IMG/VR virus record: IMGVR_UViG_3300032397_000010
Coordinates: 6,131-70,130 of that record
DNA from: a virus
Direction: 5' to 3' (one strand)
DNA: 64,000 nt
Shown: positions 1-10,152 of the stretch, piece after piece
Layout of the letters: every line of letters starts with the position of its first letter
How positions within the stretch are numbered: the stretch's first letter is position 1
The notes under the pieces: generated by a model
Database searches by the model: none
What the model was told of the DNA's origin: nothing
What the model saw: only the letters and a program-made list of their open reading frames with translations
Position numbers and translations under genes: made by a program

Positions 1-2232
1 CTCTCGGAACGATGTGTAGGCCGGATCGGCGTTCACCGAGCAGTTCGATGAATACCGCTCCTTGCACAGCAATCCGCAGTTGCCCGAGCAGGTCTTCGTC
101 TTCTCGACGAGCCACATGCGGATCGGGTCGCTCTCGCCCTTCCACCGCTGCTTCGAGATGATGCTCATCTTCGGGAGCGTGTACTCGCCCTGCCTGCGCA
201 GGCGGCCTGCCGCTTTGATCGCCGCGACCGTGATGGCCCCGAGTTCCGAGGCGATGATCCTGTCGGCGAGGTTCTTGTCCTGCTCGCTGGGCGCGAAGGT
301 GCGGTCGAACGGCACGACCACGAACCGCCGCCAGAATCCCTCCGTCTGATCCAAGGTCGCGGGAAGCTCGTTGCACGCGAAGATGTGCCCCGCCTGTGGG
401 CGCATGTTGAACGGGTCTTTGAACTTCTTCGCGACCATCACCTCGTCGCCCGAGATCACCGACTTGAACAGGTCGTTTGCTGCGATCTCTTTCGTCGGCA
501 TCTCGGAGACGGCGTTCAGGCGAGCGAGCGCGAGTTCCGCGAGGTAGAAGCGGTTGCCCCATTCCGACGGCGAGATGCTGGTCACCGACTGCAACGGGAA
601 CAGCGACTTCACGATCTTGATCAGCGTGCTCTTGCCGTTCGCGGCCGTCTCACCGAAGAGCACGAGCGCGATGGCGTGCTTCGTCGCCTCGCCGAGCAGG
701 CATGCGCCGATGAACTCCATCACGAGATCGATCGTCCTCTGCCGGTCTTCCAGGATCATGGCGCGCTCGTTGTCGGGCATCTGGACGTCGTCCAGGCCTT
801 CGACGGTGAACACGTCAAGCAGGAAGCGAGCGAACCTCGGGGCTCGCAAGCTCGTATTCCAGTCCGACTCGAGACCGTGCCGTGCGCGGTACTCGGGTGA
901 GTGCTCGTTGAGTTGTACTTCCGCGTTGCCACCGACGGACACGAAGCCGTTGCGGAACGCGATGCCCGGCGGCGCGTTGTCGAAGAAGCCAGGACGATCG
1001 CTCAGCCGCATCGCGACGTTTACGGCACCGCCCATCATCCCGTCGGATACCTTCAGCGCCTTGTCGCCGCACGGTGCTCCTGCGTATCGCGTGACGTGTC
1101 GCTCCATCAGCATTCGCCGCAAGGGCTGCCACAGGCCCAGGTGTGCCTCGTAGCGCCAGAACTCCCCGCGATCATGGACGATGGCGACGGGCGATTCGCC
1201 CCGAGCATCGACCAGTAGGCGTGTCGCGAGTTCGGTAGCATCTCCGCGCGCGAACACGACCGGTCCGTCTGGGCTCTTCTTGATCTCGTCCGCGCCGGAC
1301 TCCTGCACGATGCGCTCGGTCGCCTCGACCGCAGCCTTCGCGTGCTTCGAGTTCGACGTTCCAGCGGGCTTGCTCGCGGCCGACTTCGCGATCGTCACGA
1401 CCTCGCTGTCGTCGAGGGGTGGCTCGCACTTCGTCTGGTTGTACAGCCGGAGCCCGTTGAGAATCGCCTCCTCGTCGAGTCCCTTCGCGCGATACGACCG
1501 GCCGATCTTGAAGAGCGTCTCGTTGCGACTTCCTTCGGTGACGACTCCTGGAGCAGTTGGTGGAATATTCTGCGAAGTCTGAGAAGAAGCCGTGGGGGTG
1601 GGGTCGCTCACGGCCGCCTCGAGAAGCCAGCCGGGCATCTCCGCGAGCGGTATCACGCGCGGATCCGACGACAACTCGTCCTGGTAGTATCGGCCCGATG
1701 CGTGTTCGCTTGGTGGCGCGACGACGTACCCGCCCTCGCCGCGCACATCCACGCCGCGCGTGATCTTGGAGGCGCTGTTCTTCACGACGCCGCCGGGCGG
1801 GCCTCGGAAGAAGTAGTGCATCCCGCCGCCCCCAGTGATGACCATGGGCGTGTCCGGGATCTCTCCCAGCGGCTTCTTCTCTTCGCGTAGGTCGGACCAG
1901 TTCTTGAGGCCGTTGTGCTTGACGTCCACATCGACGACGACGAGGTCGTCGGAGACGGACCCGGTGCAGACGCCGACGTTCGCATCGGGCCACATGTCCC
2001 ACCACTTGCGGATCTGGTCCGGGTCGCACGAGGCGTCCTTGAGCCCGTGCATCAGGCGCGGATGCTTGCCGATCGACTTGCAATCGGGCTTGCGGCACGA
2101 GCAAGCGAGGATGCCGTCCTCGTCGTGTACCGGCGTGTGCAGCGGGATGACCTTCCATCCCTTGCTGGCGTAGAACAACGCGTGTTCGAGCAGGTCCGTT
2201 TGACGCTGCGTCTTCGGCTTGCTATCTTCCAT
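1..2232 (-). CDS. Bifunctional primase-polymerase fused to PriCT and D5/SF3 helicase (phage P4-type primase); 3' end runs off the window
   Basis: Not in the ORF track (no stop inside the window); translated manually from ATG 2232 with RBS GAGG. Shows LFYASKGWKVIPLH..CSC..C..GKHP..HGLKDAS..WW..WPDANVGVCTG (Prim-Pol), EGSRNETLF (PriCT) and Walker A GETAANGKSTL. Confidence 0.9.
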   Translation of the reverse strand, partial: MEDSKPKTQRQTDLLEHALFYASKGWKVIPLHTPVHDEDGILACSCRKPDCKSIGKHPRLMHGLKDASCDPDQIRKWWDMWPDANVGVCTGSVSDDLVVVDVDVKHNGLKNWSDLREEKKPLGEIPDTPMVITGGGGMHYFFRGPPGGVVKNSASKITRGVDVRGEGGYVVAPPSEHASGRYYQDELSSDPRVIPLAEMPGWLLEAAVSDPTPTASSQTSQNIPPTAPGVVTEGSRNETLFKIGRSYRAKGLDEEAILNGLRLYNQTKCEPPLDDSEVVTIAKSAASKPAGTSNSKHAKAAVEATERIVQESGADEIKKSPDGPVVFARGDATELATRLLVDARGESPVAIVHDRGEFWRYEAHLGLWQPLRRMLMERHVTRYAGAPCGDKALKVSDGMMGGAVNVAMRLSDRPGFFDNAPPGIAFRNGFVSVGGNAEVQLNEHSPEYRARHGLESDWNTSLRAPRFARFLLDVFTVEGLDDVQMPDNERAMILEDRQRTIDLVMEFIGACLLGEATKHAIALVLFGETAANGKSTLIKIVKSLFPLQSVTSISPSEWGNRFYLAELALARLNAVSEMPTKEIAANDLFKSVISGDEVMVAKKFKDPFNMRPQAGHIFACNELPATLDQTEGFWRRFVVVPFDRTFAPSEQDKNLADRIIASELGAITVAAIKAAGRLRRQGEYTLPKMSIISKQRWKGESDPIRMWLVEKTKTCSGNCGLLCKERYSSNCSVNADPAYTSFRE

Positions 2233-2257
2233 GTACCCTCAGTTCCATCAGACCCCG

Positions 2258-2289
2258 CCGCCGCCGACCTATGCCTGGGTCGGCGGCGG
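2258..2289. terminator. GC-rich hairpin upstream of the primase
   Basis: 12-bp inverted repeat CCGCCGCCGACC / GGTCGGCGGCGG in an intergenic region. Confidence 0.5.
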
Positions 2290-2347
2290 TTCTGTTTCTC
2301 CTACGCCAAGAAGACACCTCGTGGCGAGCCCCTGCCCGTGGTGTGGA

Positions 2348-2716
2348 TCACAGGATGGCACCCCATCGCCTTGCGATCTCGATGCCCTCCTCGACGGTTC
2401 GCGCGACCTCGATGAGGCCGTTGTACTTCCTGACCATGGCGTGGAACGCCTTCTGGTCGTCGTTGAGCCTGCCCACGTCGGTCTTCGTCTCGATGCCTGC
2501 CCAGCGACCCACGGGCGCGGGAACGTGCCCGCATGAGGCGCATGGGGCGCTCAGCGAGATGAGTCCGCCGAGGTCCGGGTAGCCGGACACGCCGAAGACG
2601 ATCTTGCGGCCGTCGGGCGTCTTCGCGGCCCCGTTGTTCATGCGCAAGATGCGGCCGTTCTTCATGCGGCCGAGCGCGTTGCGAAGCGGCTGCGTGACGT
2701 CGTCTGTCTCACTCAC
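2348..2716 (-). CDS. VRR-NUC-like PD-(D/E)XK nuclease (resolvase-like)
   Basis: GYPDL...GIETKT..GRLNDDQKAF motif; located next to primase and helicase. Confidence 0.75.
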   Translation of the reverse strand: MSETDDVTQPLRNALGRMKNGRILRMNNGAAKTPDGRKIVFGVSGYPDLGGLISLSAPCASCGHVPAPVGRWAGIETKTDVGRLNDDQKAFHAMVRKYNGLIEVARTVEEGIEIARRWGAIL

Positions 2717-2899
2717 GGCTGATCTTCATGGCACCTGCCACGACCTCGTCGCGCATCTTCCTCATCCCCTCCCAGAAGGCATCGTTGCCTTGGACGTCCG
2801 CGAGCGCGGCCCTGATCGTCTCGATGGAAGCGAGGTTCGACATGGATCCGGCGAGGCCTCCGATGATCATCGAAACCTGCTTGACGGTGAGTTCTTCGT

Positions 2900-3256
2900 T
2901 CATCGTGCCCACTCCGGTACTGAGGTGACGACCTCGTTGATGACGTACGCGCCGACCTGATCGTCGGCGTCGTGTCTGCCTGGGCGAGGAATCAGCATCT
3001 GGTGGATCTGAACCTGCCCGTAACCTGCCCCTGCCACGACGTGGCACCTCGCGGAGATGACGTACGTGTTGCTGACCCAGACTTCGAGGTATCCGACGTT
3101 GCACCGGAGGGTCTCGGGGGCCGGAGCGGAGACGGCAGCAACGGGGCGACGCGAGGTGTCCTCCGAATGCTTCGTCATCAGGGCGGTCACGAGACACATC
3201 GCCACGACGAAGGTCCAGAATGCGATGATCCCTGCTGGCGTGTCCTTGAACGTCAT
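2900..3256 (-). CDS. Membrane-anchored hypothetical protein (paralog of the next gene)
   Basis: N-terminal TM; GYLEVWVSNT..ISARC...VTSVPEWAR. Confidence 0.6.
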   Translation of the reverse strand: MTFKDTPAGIIAFWTFVVAMCLVTALMTKHSEDTSRRPVAAVSAPAPETLRCNVGYLEVWVSNTYVISARCHVVAGAGYGQVQIHQMLIPRPGRHDADDQVGAYVINEVVTSVPEWAR

Positions 3257-3684
3257 CGCGCCCACGCGGGGACCGACGTGACGGTCTCCTGCATGATGTC
3301 CGCGCCGATCGACGCGTGGATCGTCGGGTCCAGTCCGCTCTGCGGAGGCAGCGGGATCTCCATCTCGTGAACCACGATGCGCCCGTAGTTGTTCAGGGGC
3401 GGCGAGAGATCCGGGTAGCCGGGATGCGCGTCGGCAGCGGCCTCGTTGCATCTCGCCGTGATGACGCCCGTGTTGCTCACCCAGACCTCAAGGAAGCCGC
3501 GATCCGTCCGGCACCGCATCAGGCGCATCACCGTGTAGTCCGGCGTCCTGGTGGCGGCTTGCTGCTCTGCGGCGTACCTGTCCATGGCCTTCGCGACCTG
3601 GAAGATGGCCCACGGGCCCACGACGGTGGTGATGCACAGGAAGAGGATCGCCCAGCGTTCTGTTTTCACGTTGTCTCCATCCAT
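3253..3684 (-). CDS. Membrane-anchored hypothetical protein (paralog of the previous gene)
   Basis: N-terminal TM; GFLEVWVSNT..ITARC...VTSVPAWAR. Confidence 0.6.
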   Translation of the reverse strand: MDGDNVKTERWAILFLCITTVVGPWAIFQVAKAMDRYAAEQQAATRTPDYTVMRLMRCRTDRGFLEVWVSNTGVITARCNEAAADAHPGYPDLSPPLNNYGRIVVHEMEIPLPPQSGLDPTIHASIGADIMQETVTSVPAWAR

Positions 3685-4145
3685 CGGTCCCACACGTTCT
3701 GAATCGGCTTGTGCTTCACGAGGCGCGCGTACTTCACGCAGTTCGCGGTGCCTCCATCTTCGTCGCCGTTCCACAGCGCCAGCAGCAGGTCGCAGTGATC
3801 GACCATGTACGCGTTGCGGCGCATCATCTTCCAGGCGCTGTACGGCGGCTGCGACACGTAGACCACGCTCTTGGCCCGGCTTAGCAGGTCGTTGTAGCGA
3901 TGCTGCGACGCGACCGGCCACGCGCGCTCCTGGCCCCGGAACGGCACGGCGGACGTGAACGGCACCCCGAGTTCGACGGCAGCCTCGGCGAGCGCCATGT
4001 CCCAGCCGAGGGCCATGCCGGAGATCACATGCGTCGGGTGCAGCGGTGCCAGGGCGGCGAGGGCCACGCGGCGCAGGCGCTGATCGGTCGCGAGGCTGTA
4101 GCCACCGAGCTTGTCGGGTCGATGGCCGGTGCCAGCGATGATCAT
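3666..4145 (-). CDS. YspA/DUF1273-like SLOG-family protein
   Basis: AGTGHRPDKLGGY, ISGMALGWD, RRNAYMVD, ALWNG...GGTANCV motifs. Confidence 0.85.
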   Translation of the reverse strand: MIIAGTGHRPDKLGGYSLATDQRLRRVALAALAPLHPTHVISGMALGWDMALAEAAVELGVPFTSAVPFRGQERAWPVASQHRYNDLLSRAKSVVYVSQPPYSAWKMMRRNAYMVDHCDLLLALWNGDEDGGTANCVKYARLVKHKPIQNVWDRWMETT

Positions 4146-4321
4146 TGCGGATCACACGAGTCGCACAGGCAGTGGAGAGCGTGCGTTTTGCCGCGCCCTC
4201 GGCAGTCGGCGCACGCTCCGTCGTGGGATTCGTACTTGCCGTCGTCCGGCGGATCCGACGGTTCGCAGCCACTCCCGTCGCATCGCTCGCACTTCTCTGT
4301 GACCGGTTCGCGATATCTCAT
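4142..4321 (-). CDS. Small zinc-finger protein with DnaJ-type CxxCxGxG repeats
   Basis: CERCDGSG and CADCRGRG. Confidence 0.55.
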   Translation of the reverse strand: MRYREPVTEKCERCDGSGCEPSDPPDDGKYESHDGACADCRGRGKTHALHCLCDSCDPQ

Positions 4322-4520
4322 CGCGGCACCGTCGGCGGCGGAACCGCATGCGCCGGGCACCCGCACCCCTCGTGCCGACACGCGCACGCAACGCCGTCTT
4401 CCGTCTCGTGCTCCGCGCGTGCGTGGCCGCAGATGCACGGACCGTTGCAACGATCGATGACGTCGTCGAGGTTGATGCCCAGCGCGACGCACAGCATCTC
4501 GAGGCGAAAGCGAGGATTCA

Positions 4521-5987
4521 TCATCGTCCTACCATCTCCTTCAGCTTCTTCTCGACCCACCACGACCCCAGCCCCTTCGCCTGCGCGACCCGTTCGAGCT
4601 TCTCTCGCTCCAGGGCGATGTTCACCGGCAGCGCGGGCGGCCACTTCACGCCGCGCGGCCAGTGGTCGAACTTCTCGTAGAACTTCCGCTTGACGAAGTC
4701 TCGTGATAGCCGCAAGCGGATCGCTTGCTCGCACAGGCTCAGGAACTCCGAGAGCTTCTGCTCCGGCGTGAACGCCTTCGTCACCTCGACCAGTTGGCCT
4801 TCACGCGCGATCACGCGTAGATCCGCGACGGGTCTGATGTACCCGCACTCGGGGCATGCGCTCGTGCCGGAGAGGAAGCACGCGAAGCACTGCTTGCAGG
4901 TCGTCAGCGCCATCGAGGTCTGGCCCTGGCGCTTCTTCTCGCGCTCGAGCGTCCAGGCGCGGCTGACGTGCGCGAAGCCGAGGCGCATCGTGTTGCCCGC
5001 GTGGTCGAGCACGAGCGCGTGGGTCTTGCCGGGATGACGTCGCATTGCGCGGCCGACCATCTGCATCCACAACGCGACGCTCTTCGTCGGCCGCGCGATG
5101 ATCACGCACGACAGGCCAGGATGATCGAAGCCGGTGGTGAGCACCTCGACGTTGCAGATCACGTCGATCCGCCCTGCCTTGAATTCCGCGATGATCCGAT
5201 CGCGCTCGCGGTCCGGCGTCTCGCCGTCGAGATGCACGGCGTTCACCCCGGCCTTGCACAGGGCCTCGGCGCAGTCTCGCGAGTGCTTGCGCGAGACGGC
5301 GTACAGGATAGCCTGTCCCTTCGCTAGCCCGAGGAAAGAGTCCACAACGCTGCCGACGATCTGCGGTTTGTCGCAGGCGACCTCGAGGCCGGACTTCTCG
5401 TAGTCGCCGCCGACGGTCGCGACGCCCGTCAGGTCGGGCTCCGAGGGCGCGTAGTACGTCGGCTGCACCAGGATGCCCTGCTGGATGAGTTCCTCCGGCG
5501 AAGCGATCGTGACGAGGTCGGTGTACTGCGGCGCGAAGGAACGGCCGTCCAGACGCCAGGGCGAGGCCGACAGGCCGATGAACCACGCCTTCGGGTAGGC
5601 GTCGATCACGCGTTGCGAGGACGCGGTGCCGACGTGCAGGTGGGCCTCGTCGAAGACCACGAGGTCGGCGGGCGGCATCTCGCGCCGGACCAGCGTCTGG
5701 ATCGTCGCCACCTGGACGAGCGCGTCGGGCGAGGGCGTGATGCCGGACTGGATGATGCCGGGTGCAAGACCAAGGAGCTTGAACTGCTCGAACGGCTGCG
5801 CGACGAGTTCCTTCGTGTGCGCGATCCAGAGCACGCGGTAGCCCTTCGCCATGCTCTGGCGGGCCATCCAGCCGCCCAGAACGGTCTTTCCAGCCCCTGT
5901 CGGGGCGACGCCGAGAACGCTGCGGTGCGTCCGCAGGGATACCCGCAGGGCCTCGATCCCGCGCTCCTGGTGAGGCCAGAGCTTCAC
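4521..5987 (-). CDS. SF2 DEAH helicase with C-terminal Zn ribbon (phage RadD-like)
   Basis: LWPHQ Q-motif, APTGAGKT, DEAH, SAS, QMVGRAMR, CKQC..CPEC; GTG start overlaps the upstream stop. Confidence 0.92.
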   Translation of the reverse strand: MKLWPHQERGIEALRVSLRTHRSVLGVAPTGAGKTVLGGWMARQSMAKGYRVLWIAHTKELVAQPFEQFKLLGLAPGIIQSGITPSPDALVQVATIQTLVRREMPPADLVVFDEAHLHVGTASSQRVIDAYPKAWFIGLSASPWRLDGRSFAPQYTDLVTIASPEELIQQGILVQPTYYAPSEPDLTGVATVGGDYEKSGLEVACDKPQIVGSVVDSFLGLAKGQAILYAVSRKHSRDCAEALCKAGVNAVHLDGETPDRERDRIIAEFKAGRIDVICNVEVLTTGFDHPGLSCVIIARPTKSVALWMQMVGRAMRRHPGKTHALVLDHAGNTMRLGFAHVSRAWTLEREKKRQGQTSMALTTCKQCFACFLSGTSACPECGYIRPVADLRVIAREGQLVEVTKAFTPEQKLSEFLSLCEQAIRLRLSRDFVKRKFYEKFDHWPRGVKWPPALPVNIALEREKLERVAQAKGLGSWWVEKKLKEMVGR

Positions 5988-8297
5988 GGGCGCACCGTTG
6001 CTATGGCAGCGGCCACGGCTTCGATCTCGTCGCGGTACACCACCATCGACGACTGCCCTCCGCCGCGAGCCCCGTACCAGTCGGTGATCACGACGTGGAA
6101 CGGTTCCAGCGCCTCGGTGAGCATCTTCACCTGCCTGCGCATCCGCTCGATCTCGTCGAGCAGAGCGGCGGCTGCGTTGCGCAGCGCGCACATGCCGTCG
6201 GCGTCAGCCTCGTGGCGTTCGTAGTCCACGAACGTCGCGGCCATCGAGTCGTCGGCGGAGCGTACCGTGGACACGCCGGACACGCTCCACGGTGCGGCCG
6301 ACATGCGCTCTATCGTTGCCCGCAACACAGGCAGATCGGCTGGTATCATGGGAACCTCACCGTACGCACGACGGCTGTCAGCGCCACGAACGGCGCGGCC
6401 ATCGCTGGCGTGCCGGGCTGCACCGTGACGCCATCGAGATACGCGAACACGCCGTGTTCGTTCAACCAAGCCCTATCCGCGCGCGGGTTGAAGTCCTCGG
6501 CAATCTGTTTCGCTGCTGCCTGTTGCGCCCGCACGGCAGCGTTGTAGAGGTTGCACGACGGGCACTCGTCGCTGCTGTTCAGTTCGCAGTTGCACATCTC
6601 GCATCTCATCGCTTCGTCTCCCGTGCCGCGAGGGCGGCGCGAACGTCGCAGAGCTTCATCGCGGCACCGTCGCGAGGGCGGCGGCGATCCAGCAATCGCA
6701 CGGGTCGCCGGGGTCGCGCCCGAAGGAGCACACGGACGAGTGGTGTCCGTGCTCGCGTAGCGCGCTCTCGAGCACCGCCACGCGGCTGCGCAGGGCTGCG
6801 ATGGTGACGTCTTTGGGGTCTGGAGGGCACGTTGCCGACGGTCCCAGCGCGTAACGGTGCATGAACCCGTTGAGCGAGTCGCAGCCCTTGCTGGTCTTGA
6901 GCGTGCCGTTGCGCGAGACGCTTTGATACTCCACCCGATCAACCGGACGCGAGAGTATCCGTGCCCCGCCGCCCTGCTTGTTCCACCATGTCTCGCCGAT
7001 CTCCGGCCACCGCATCATCGGATCACCATGTCGATGGCGTTCGAGAGCGCGAGCGCGCTGCCGTCACCACGCAGCCACGCCCTCGCTGCGGCCTCGATGG
7101 CGCGCAACCTTGGCAGTGTCGCCTCCAGCGTTGCCAACCGCTCGCGCAGCCGTTCCACTTCGTCGCACAGGACAGGTAGCGCCTCCGTCATCTCATGCGC
7201 GGTCCATGCTGTCGCATGCCTGATGCCGCGTGCGGAAAGCGACCGCAGCGCAGTCAGGTCGCTGGTGGATGCGGGCTCTTCCCACCCGCCGCACTCGCAC
7301 TGGCCGCACCGATGTCTCGGCGACGCGTCGTGATCGCTCTGTGCGTGGCTGCAGCGCGCGCATCGATCCGCAACGCTACATGCCACCTTGCTAGCCTCGG
7401 CGTGTGTCGCCGCGAGATCCCTGCGCAGGGAGTCGCGCTCCAGCACTAGGGCATCGCGCTCCGCAACGACCTTCTGCGCGAACACCGACCACGTCCCTTC
7501 GCCGGGACCATCGAGCACGCTACTCATCGCGAACCCTCTTCGGCAGTTCGTTCTCGTCGGTCAGTTTCCCGGTCTCCCGGTAGCGAGCCATCGCCGCCGA
7601 CACGTTGCCGTGCCGTGGGCACACGTCGTCGTTGCCGACGTGGAAGCAGCAGCGCCCGACCGACACGCCGTCACCTGTTCGTTCGCGCACCGCGCACGCC
7701 TTCGGCGAGAACACATCCATCACGCGCTCCTACGCGATGCGCGCATCGATCGTCTCACCATGTTCACCCATGCAGCCGTCGGTTCGCCGTCGTGCCCCGC
7801 GAGCCACCACCGCACCGCAGCCCAGCAGGCGCTGTGAAACGTGTGAGGTTCGTCCGCAGCGTCGCGGTTATGGATCGCGTCATCCGGCGGTACAGACTCG
7901 CCGCATTCGGTGCAGCACAGCATCACGCGTTGCCGCCGCGCGAGTTCACACGAAGCACTGGCTGAACCTGGGCCTCGCGCAGCCGCACCTCTTCGAGATC
8001 GGCCTGCACCTGATGGGGCCTCGGTTCGTCCCAGTGGATCGTCCTGATGTGGACGACGTCGCCGTCCTCGTCGATGACGACGACCGGCAACGACGTCTCG
8101 GTGCGGTCCCTGCGCAGCCTCCCGAGTTGCTTCGGCGCGCCGCTCAGCGGCATGTAGCTGACGATGCCAGCCGGTCCGTGACACTGACAGATCACGATCC
8201 TGATGAGCATGTAGTGATCGAGCGGGCATGGACCGATGATTCGGTCGTCCTTCACTCCGCTGATGATGGACTCGATAACGCCAGGATCGATGGTCAT
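5984..8297 (-). CDS. Run of about 7 small overlapping hypothetical phage genes (5984-6349, 6346-6609, 6656-7018, 7015-7527, 7520-7723, 7923-8297 and others)
   Basis: ATGA/GTGA-coupled ORFs, several Cys-rich. 5984-6349 resembles Ead/Ea22-type proteins. Confidence 0.55.
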
Positions 8298-8369
8298 TGT
8301 GCGTCTCCGTGACAGAGTATGTCCATGCTGCCGTTGCGGCCCGTGCCGATGGGATGTACGAGATTCATG

Positions 8370-8591
8370 TCAGCCAGCCTTCCTTGTTTCTTCGCGCCAC
8401 GTCCGCACTGGAATTCTTGCTGCTTCTGCGAGATCGAGCGCGAGATCGACGCTGATCTGCTGCACTTCACCAAGCATGGCGCGCCGGGCGAGCCAGTAGT
8501 TCACGCCGGTACTCCGGCAGAAAGAAGCCAGCGTTTCGCCTCGTTTCGTGAGCTTGCGCTCGAGCATTCTCGCCCCGTCCGACCTCACCAT
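8370..8591 (-). CDS. Small HTH (Cro/XRE-like) regulator at the divergent switch
   Basis: GETLASFCRSTGVNYWLARRAMLG HTH-like segment; first gene of the leftward operon. Confidence 0.55.
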   Translation of the reverse strand: MVRSDGARMLERKLTKRGETLASFCRSTGVNYWLARRAMLGEVQQISVDLALDLAEAARIPVRTWREETRKAG

Positions 8592-8623
8592 GGAACCTCC
8601 CTTGCTGAATCGTCAATACCCGG

Positions 8624-8652
8624 TTGACAGTACAACCGCAAGCGCATACCGT
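8624..8652 (+). promoter_or_regulatory. Sigma70 promoter of the rightward recombination operon, with CCGCAAGCG box in the spacer
   Basis: TTGACA-17 nt-TACCGT. Confidence 0.7.
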
Positions 8653-8702
8653 CCGTGCTGTCACCGTCGGATCAGGCAACACCGGCAGTGACGAGGGTCG
8701 AG

Positions 8703-9878
8703 ATGGAATTGTTCACAAGCTCTCGGGCTCGCTCGTTCAGAGCGTGCCAGCGGCAGCACTACCTTCACTACGTGATGGGGTACTGCACGGTCGCCTCGCG
8801 CGCGCCGCTTCGCTTCGGCACGGCGTTCCATGCCTGCATCGAGCAGTACTGGCTCTGCGGCACCGAGGCTGCGGTCGCGAGGTCCAGGCAGGCCTTCGAC
8901 GAGAGCCTCGATCCGTACGATGCCGCGAAGCTTCGGGCGATGGTGTACGCGTACTGCCTCGGCTGGGACGTCCGGCGCGTCGGCTACGTCGAACGCGTGC
9001 TGGGCGTCGAGCGCGAGTACAAGCTCCCAATGATCAACCCGCTCACGGGCCGCGCGTCGCGGACCTGGGAGCGTGCGGGCAAGGTCGACGTGATCGTGCT
9101 GTTGTGCGACGGCCGCCTCGCGGTGATCGAGCACAAGACCTCCGCAGAGCCCGCAGCGCCCGGTTCTGCATACCGGCATCGCCTGTTGCTGGACCCGCAG
9201 GTGAGCGAGTACCACGACGGGATCTTCCGCGCCGAGGGCCATACCACGCGCGGCGCTGACGTGATCCTGTATGACGTGGCGGTGAAGCCGGGGTACGAGC
9301 CCTACAGCGCGACGCCTGACGATCAGCGGAAGTACACGCAGGCGAAGTCGCGCGTGTGCCCCGAGTGCAAGAAGAAGAAACAGGCGACGCCGCCGCCTCA
9401 CACCGTCGCGGTGCTCGACGAGGAGTCGGGCTACGAGACACGGCACGAATGTTCCGAAGGGCGCATCGTGACGGACCCTGGTGGCAGGCTCTACGCCAAC
9501 CAGCGCGAGCGCGACGAGACGCCCGAGGAGTACGAGGTTCGGTGCCTCGAGATCATCCAGGCGGACTACGACAGGTTCTTCCAGGTTGTCGATGTAGTGC
9601 GCCTCGAAGACGAACGCAGAGAATATTTACTCGACGTTTGGAATATTGCTCAGCAAGCCCACGTCTCTGCCCGCACGGGTGTCGCTCCGCGCAACCCGGA
9701 CGCGTGCTTCCGGTACGGGTCGCCGTGTGACTTCTGGGACGTCTGCACGAAGGTCGCATCGATCGACGACACGTCTCGCTTCGTGCAGAAGCTGAAGACG
9801 AACCCGGAACTCTCGATGGAGGCAACTGCCCATGGTGTACAGGACGATGCGAACGGAGAGGCCGATCATGCCGAGTAA
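8703..9878 (+). CDS. PD-(D/E)XK exonuclease (RecB/Cas4-like) with an inserted Zn ribbon
   Basis: CQRQHYLHY, FGTAFH, GKVD..VIEHKT, C-terminal C..CDFWDVC; CPEC insertion. Confidence 0.85.
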   Translation: MELFTSSRARSFRACQRQHYLHYVMGYCTVASRAPLRFGTAFHACIEQYWLCGTEAAVARSRQAFDESLDPYDAAKLRAMVYAYCLGWDVRRVGYVERVLGVEREYKLPMINPLTGRASRTWERAGKVDVIVLLCDGRLAVIEHKTSAEPAAPGSAYRHRLLLDPQVSEYHDGIFRAEGHTTRGADVILYDVAVKPGYEPYSATPDDQRKYTQAKSRVCPECKKKKQATPPPHTVAVLDEESGYETRHECSEGRIVTDPGGRLYANQRERDETPEEYEVRCLEIIQADYDRFFQVVDVVRLEDERREYLLDVWNIAQQAHVSARTGVAPRNPDACFRYGSPCDFWDVCTKVASIDDTSRFVQKLKTNPELSMEATAHGVQDDANGEADHAE

Positions 9879-10152
9879 CGTGTGGGCAAAGTCGATGTGG
9901 ACGCTGGTCATCCTGTCGGTGCTTGCGATGACGGGATTCGGGTTCGTCTCGCTGGTGCGATCGTGCGACCGGCCGGAGCGATGCCAGGAGACGTCGGCGG
10001 TGCTGGAGAGCGGAACGGCGTTCCGGAACGGCACGCAGTATACCTGTACGCCCGGAACGCGCTCCGTCGTGGAGTGGAACAACAGCCGTGTGCTCGTGCG
10101 GTGCGTATGTCCAGCACCTGTGAGCGAGCAGAGCGATGGAGGTCATCGATGA
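9868..10152 (+). CDS. Small membrane-anchored Cys-containing protein
   Basis: N-terminal hydrophobic helix. Confidence 0.45.
   Translation: MPSNVWAKSMWTLVILSVLAMTGFGFVSLVRSCDRPERCQETSAVLESGTAFRNGTQYTCTPGTRSVVEWNNSRVLVRCVCPAPVSEQSDGGHR

Noticed and set aside
1172-2158. 328-aa ORF from the track, plus long antisense ORFs such as 19016-20734 and 10539-11891
   Set aside because: These are off-frame or shadow ORFs of high-GC DNA overlapping genes with clear motifs (primase, UvrD, Sak4).
9620-9650. Direct GAATATT repeats inside the exonuclease gene (and at 1563) as additional ECF promoters or an origin
   Set aside because: They are intragenic and lack the exact 20-nt spacing to CGT (one is off by 1). 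Support is insufficient.
8703-9878. Cas4-like nuclease as evidence of a CRISPR-Cas system
   Set aside because: No repeat-spacer array or other cas genes are seen. The context (Sak4, SSB) indicates a phage recombination exonuclease.
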